Shown here: piece by piece, positions 63,222 to 64,000 of the stretch
How positions within the stretch are numbered: the first letter of the stretch is position 1
How the letters are laid out: each line of letters begins with the position of its first letter
DNA from: a virus
Lineage: Duplodnaviria; Caudoviricetes
Virus record (IMG/VR): IMGVR_UViG_3300033463_000023
Coordinates: 80,189-144,188 of that record
Strand: one strand, 5' to 3'
DNA length: 64,000 nt
Translations under genes and position numbers: made by a program
The notes under the pieces: model-generated
Told to the model about the DNA's origin: nothing
Seen by the model: the letters and a program-made list of their open reading frames with translations, nothing else
Databases searched by the model: none

Positions 63222-63734
63222 ATGGAAAGAGAAATCAGGATACCAGTTACCAAGCTGAAGGACTACCTGAACGAGGTGGGCCTGACGGTAAAGACCTTGG
63301 CTGACCTGTCGGGTATCCATGTCAGACATCTGGAGAAATGCCTGGCGGGCGAGGTGGATAAGCGCAACGGCGCACTACGCACGATGAGTGACAACAATCT
63401 GTCACTTCTTCAAGACGCGCTACACGAGCTGTCGCTCCGCCTGAAGTACATCTTTATCTTTTACAACACCGACCTGGAGGAGGTGAAGCGCAACGGTAAC
63501 CGCTACTGCAAGGACTGCGTTCGTCAGATCAAGGAGCAGCTGTCGCCCTACTTCGTGGTGCTGCCGTTTATGATGTATACGCTGGGGTGGAACCGCAGCA
63601 AGGTACGCAACGTGATGGATATCGAGAAGGGTTTCGCCTTTGGCAACATCAGCCAGGACGATGTGAACCGCATCAACGTGAAGCTGGCGGGGATTGCCGC
63701 ACAGCTCGAAAGGTTGACGCTCGTACAGGGCTGA
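63222..63734 (+). CDS. XRE-like HTH DNA-binding protein
   Basis: LKDYLNEVGLTVKTLADLSGIHVRHLEKCLAG; own promoter TAATTTTG at 63186-63193. Confidence 0.7.
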   Translation: MEREIRIPVTKLKDYLNEVGLTVKTLADLSGIHVRHLEKCLAGEVDKRNGALRTMSDNNLSLLQDALHELSLRLKYIFIFYNTDLEEVKRNGNRYCKDCVRQIKEQLSPYFVVLPFMMYTLGWNRSKVRNVMDIEKGFAFGNISQDDVNRINVKLAGIAAQLERLTLVQG

Positions 63735-64000
63735 CACCTTATATATATATAATAAGGTTTAATAATACTATCTTATAATACTTTCTTAACATAGAACACA
63801 ATCGACTAATACTATTTTGACATAAAGGCCAAAGGGTAGCAAGAAACTGAAACCCGCATATTTACCGCGAATATAAAAGGAATGGCGGCGATGATGTAAA
63901 GAATCACCGCAATTATAATCTTATTAGTGCTTCGATGGCATAATACTATATTACCAACAATCCGGATTTTCGATTTTTTTTTCTCATGACGAGAGAACAC

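Larger units (their letters stand above)
1..64000. mobile_element. Bacteroidales phage-plasmid (siphovirus-like) genome segment
   Basis: Terminase, portal, protease, capsid, tape measure and endolysin together with Rep_3, iterons and ParA; no host housekeeping genes and no integrase in the window. Confidence 0.8.

Noticed and set aside
1-64000. Stop-codon reassignment, as in some gut phages
   Set aside because: Core genes are intact in the standard code, and TAA, TAG and TGA all end tightly packed genes
1-64000. Diversity-generating retroelement, integrase, invertase, tRNA genes
   Set aside because: No reverse transcriptase, recombinase catalytic motifs, TR/VR pair or tRNA cloverleaf recognised by eye; they could lie outside the window
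63812-64000. Minus-strand partial ORF at the window end
   Set aside because: Short, AT-rich, truncated and without motifs; cannot tell whether it is coding

Overview
The window is most of the genome of a tailed dsDNA phage, probably a siphovirus given the 2815-aa tape measure. The likely host is a Bacteroidales (Prevotella-like) bacterium: TAnnTTTG promoters occur throughout, along with Bacteroidetes-type lipoproteins. It also carries a plasmid-type replicon (iteron array, Rep_3-like initiator, DnaC/IstB-like ATPase) and a ParA partition cassette, and no integrase is visible, so it is most likely a phage-plasmid. Virion genes lie in two minus-strand blocks: 293-15714 (tail tube candidate, capsid, S49 protease/scaffold, head-tail protein, tape measure) and 44992-52656 (portal, terminase, amidase). 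About 29 kb of early and accessory genes separate them. Most notable: (i) a co-oriented SPFH / 710-aa YfaP-like / vWA / divergent adenylosuccinate-synthetase-like cluster of unknown function; (ii) six copies of a phage-specific late promoter motif, CTGCCCTTG-N20/21-TAnnTTnC; (iii) a methyltransferase frameshifted by a C10 tract inside its DPPH motif; (iv) three promoter-linked structured RNA switches; (v) three 8-bp-periodic centromere-like arrays with two RHH-like partner genes. All product calls come from reading motifs by eye; no database search was run.
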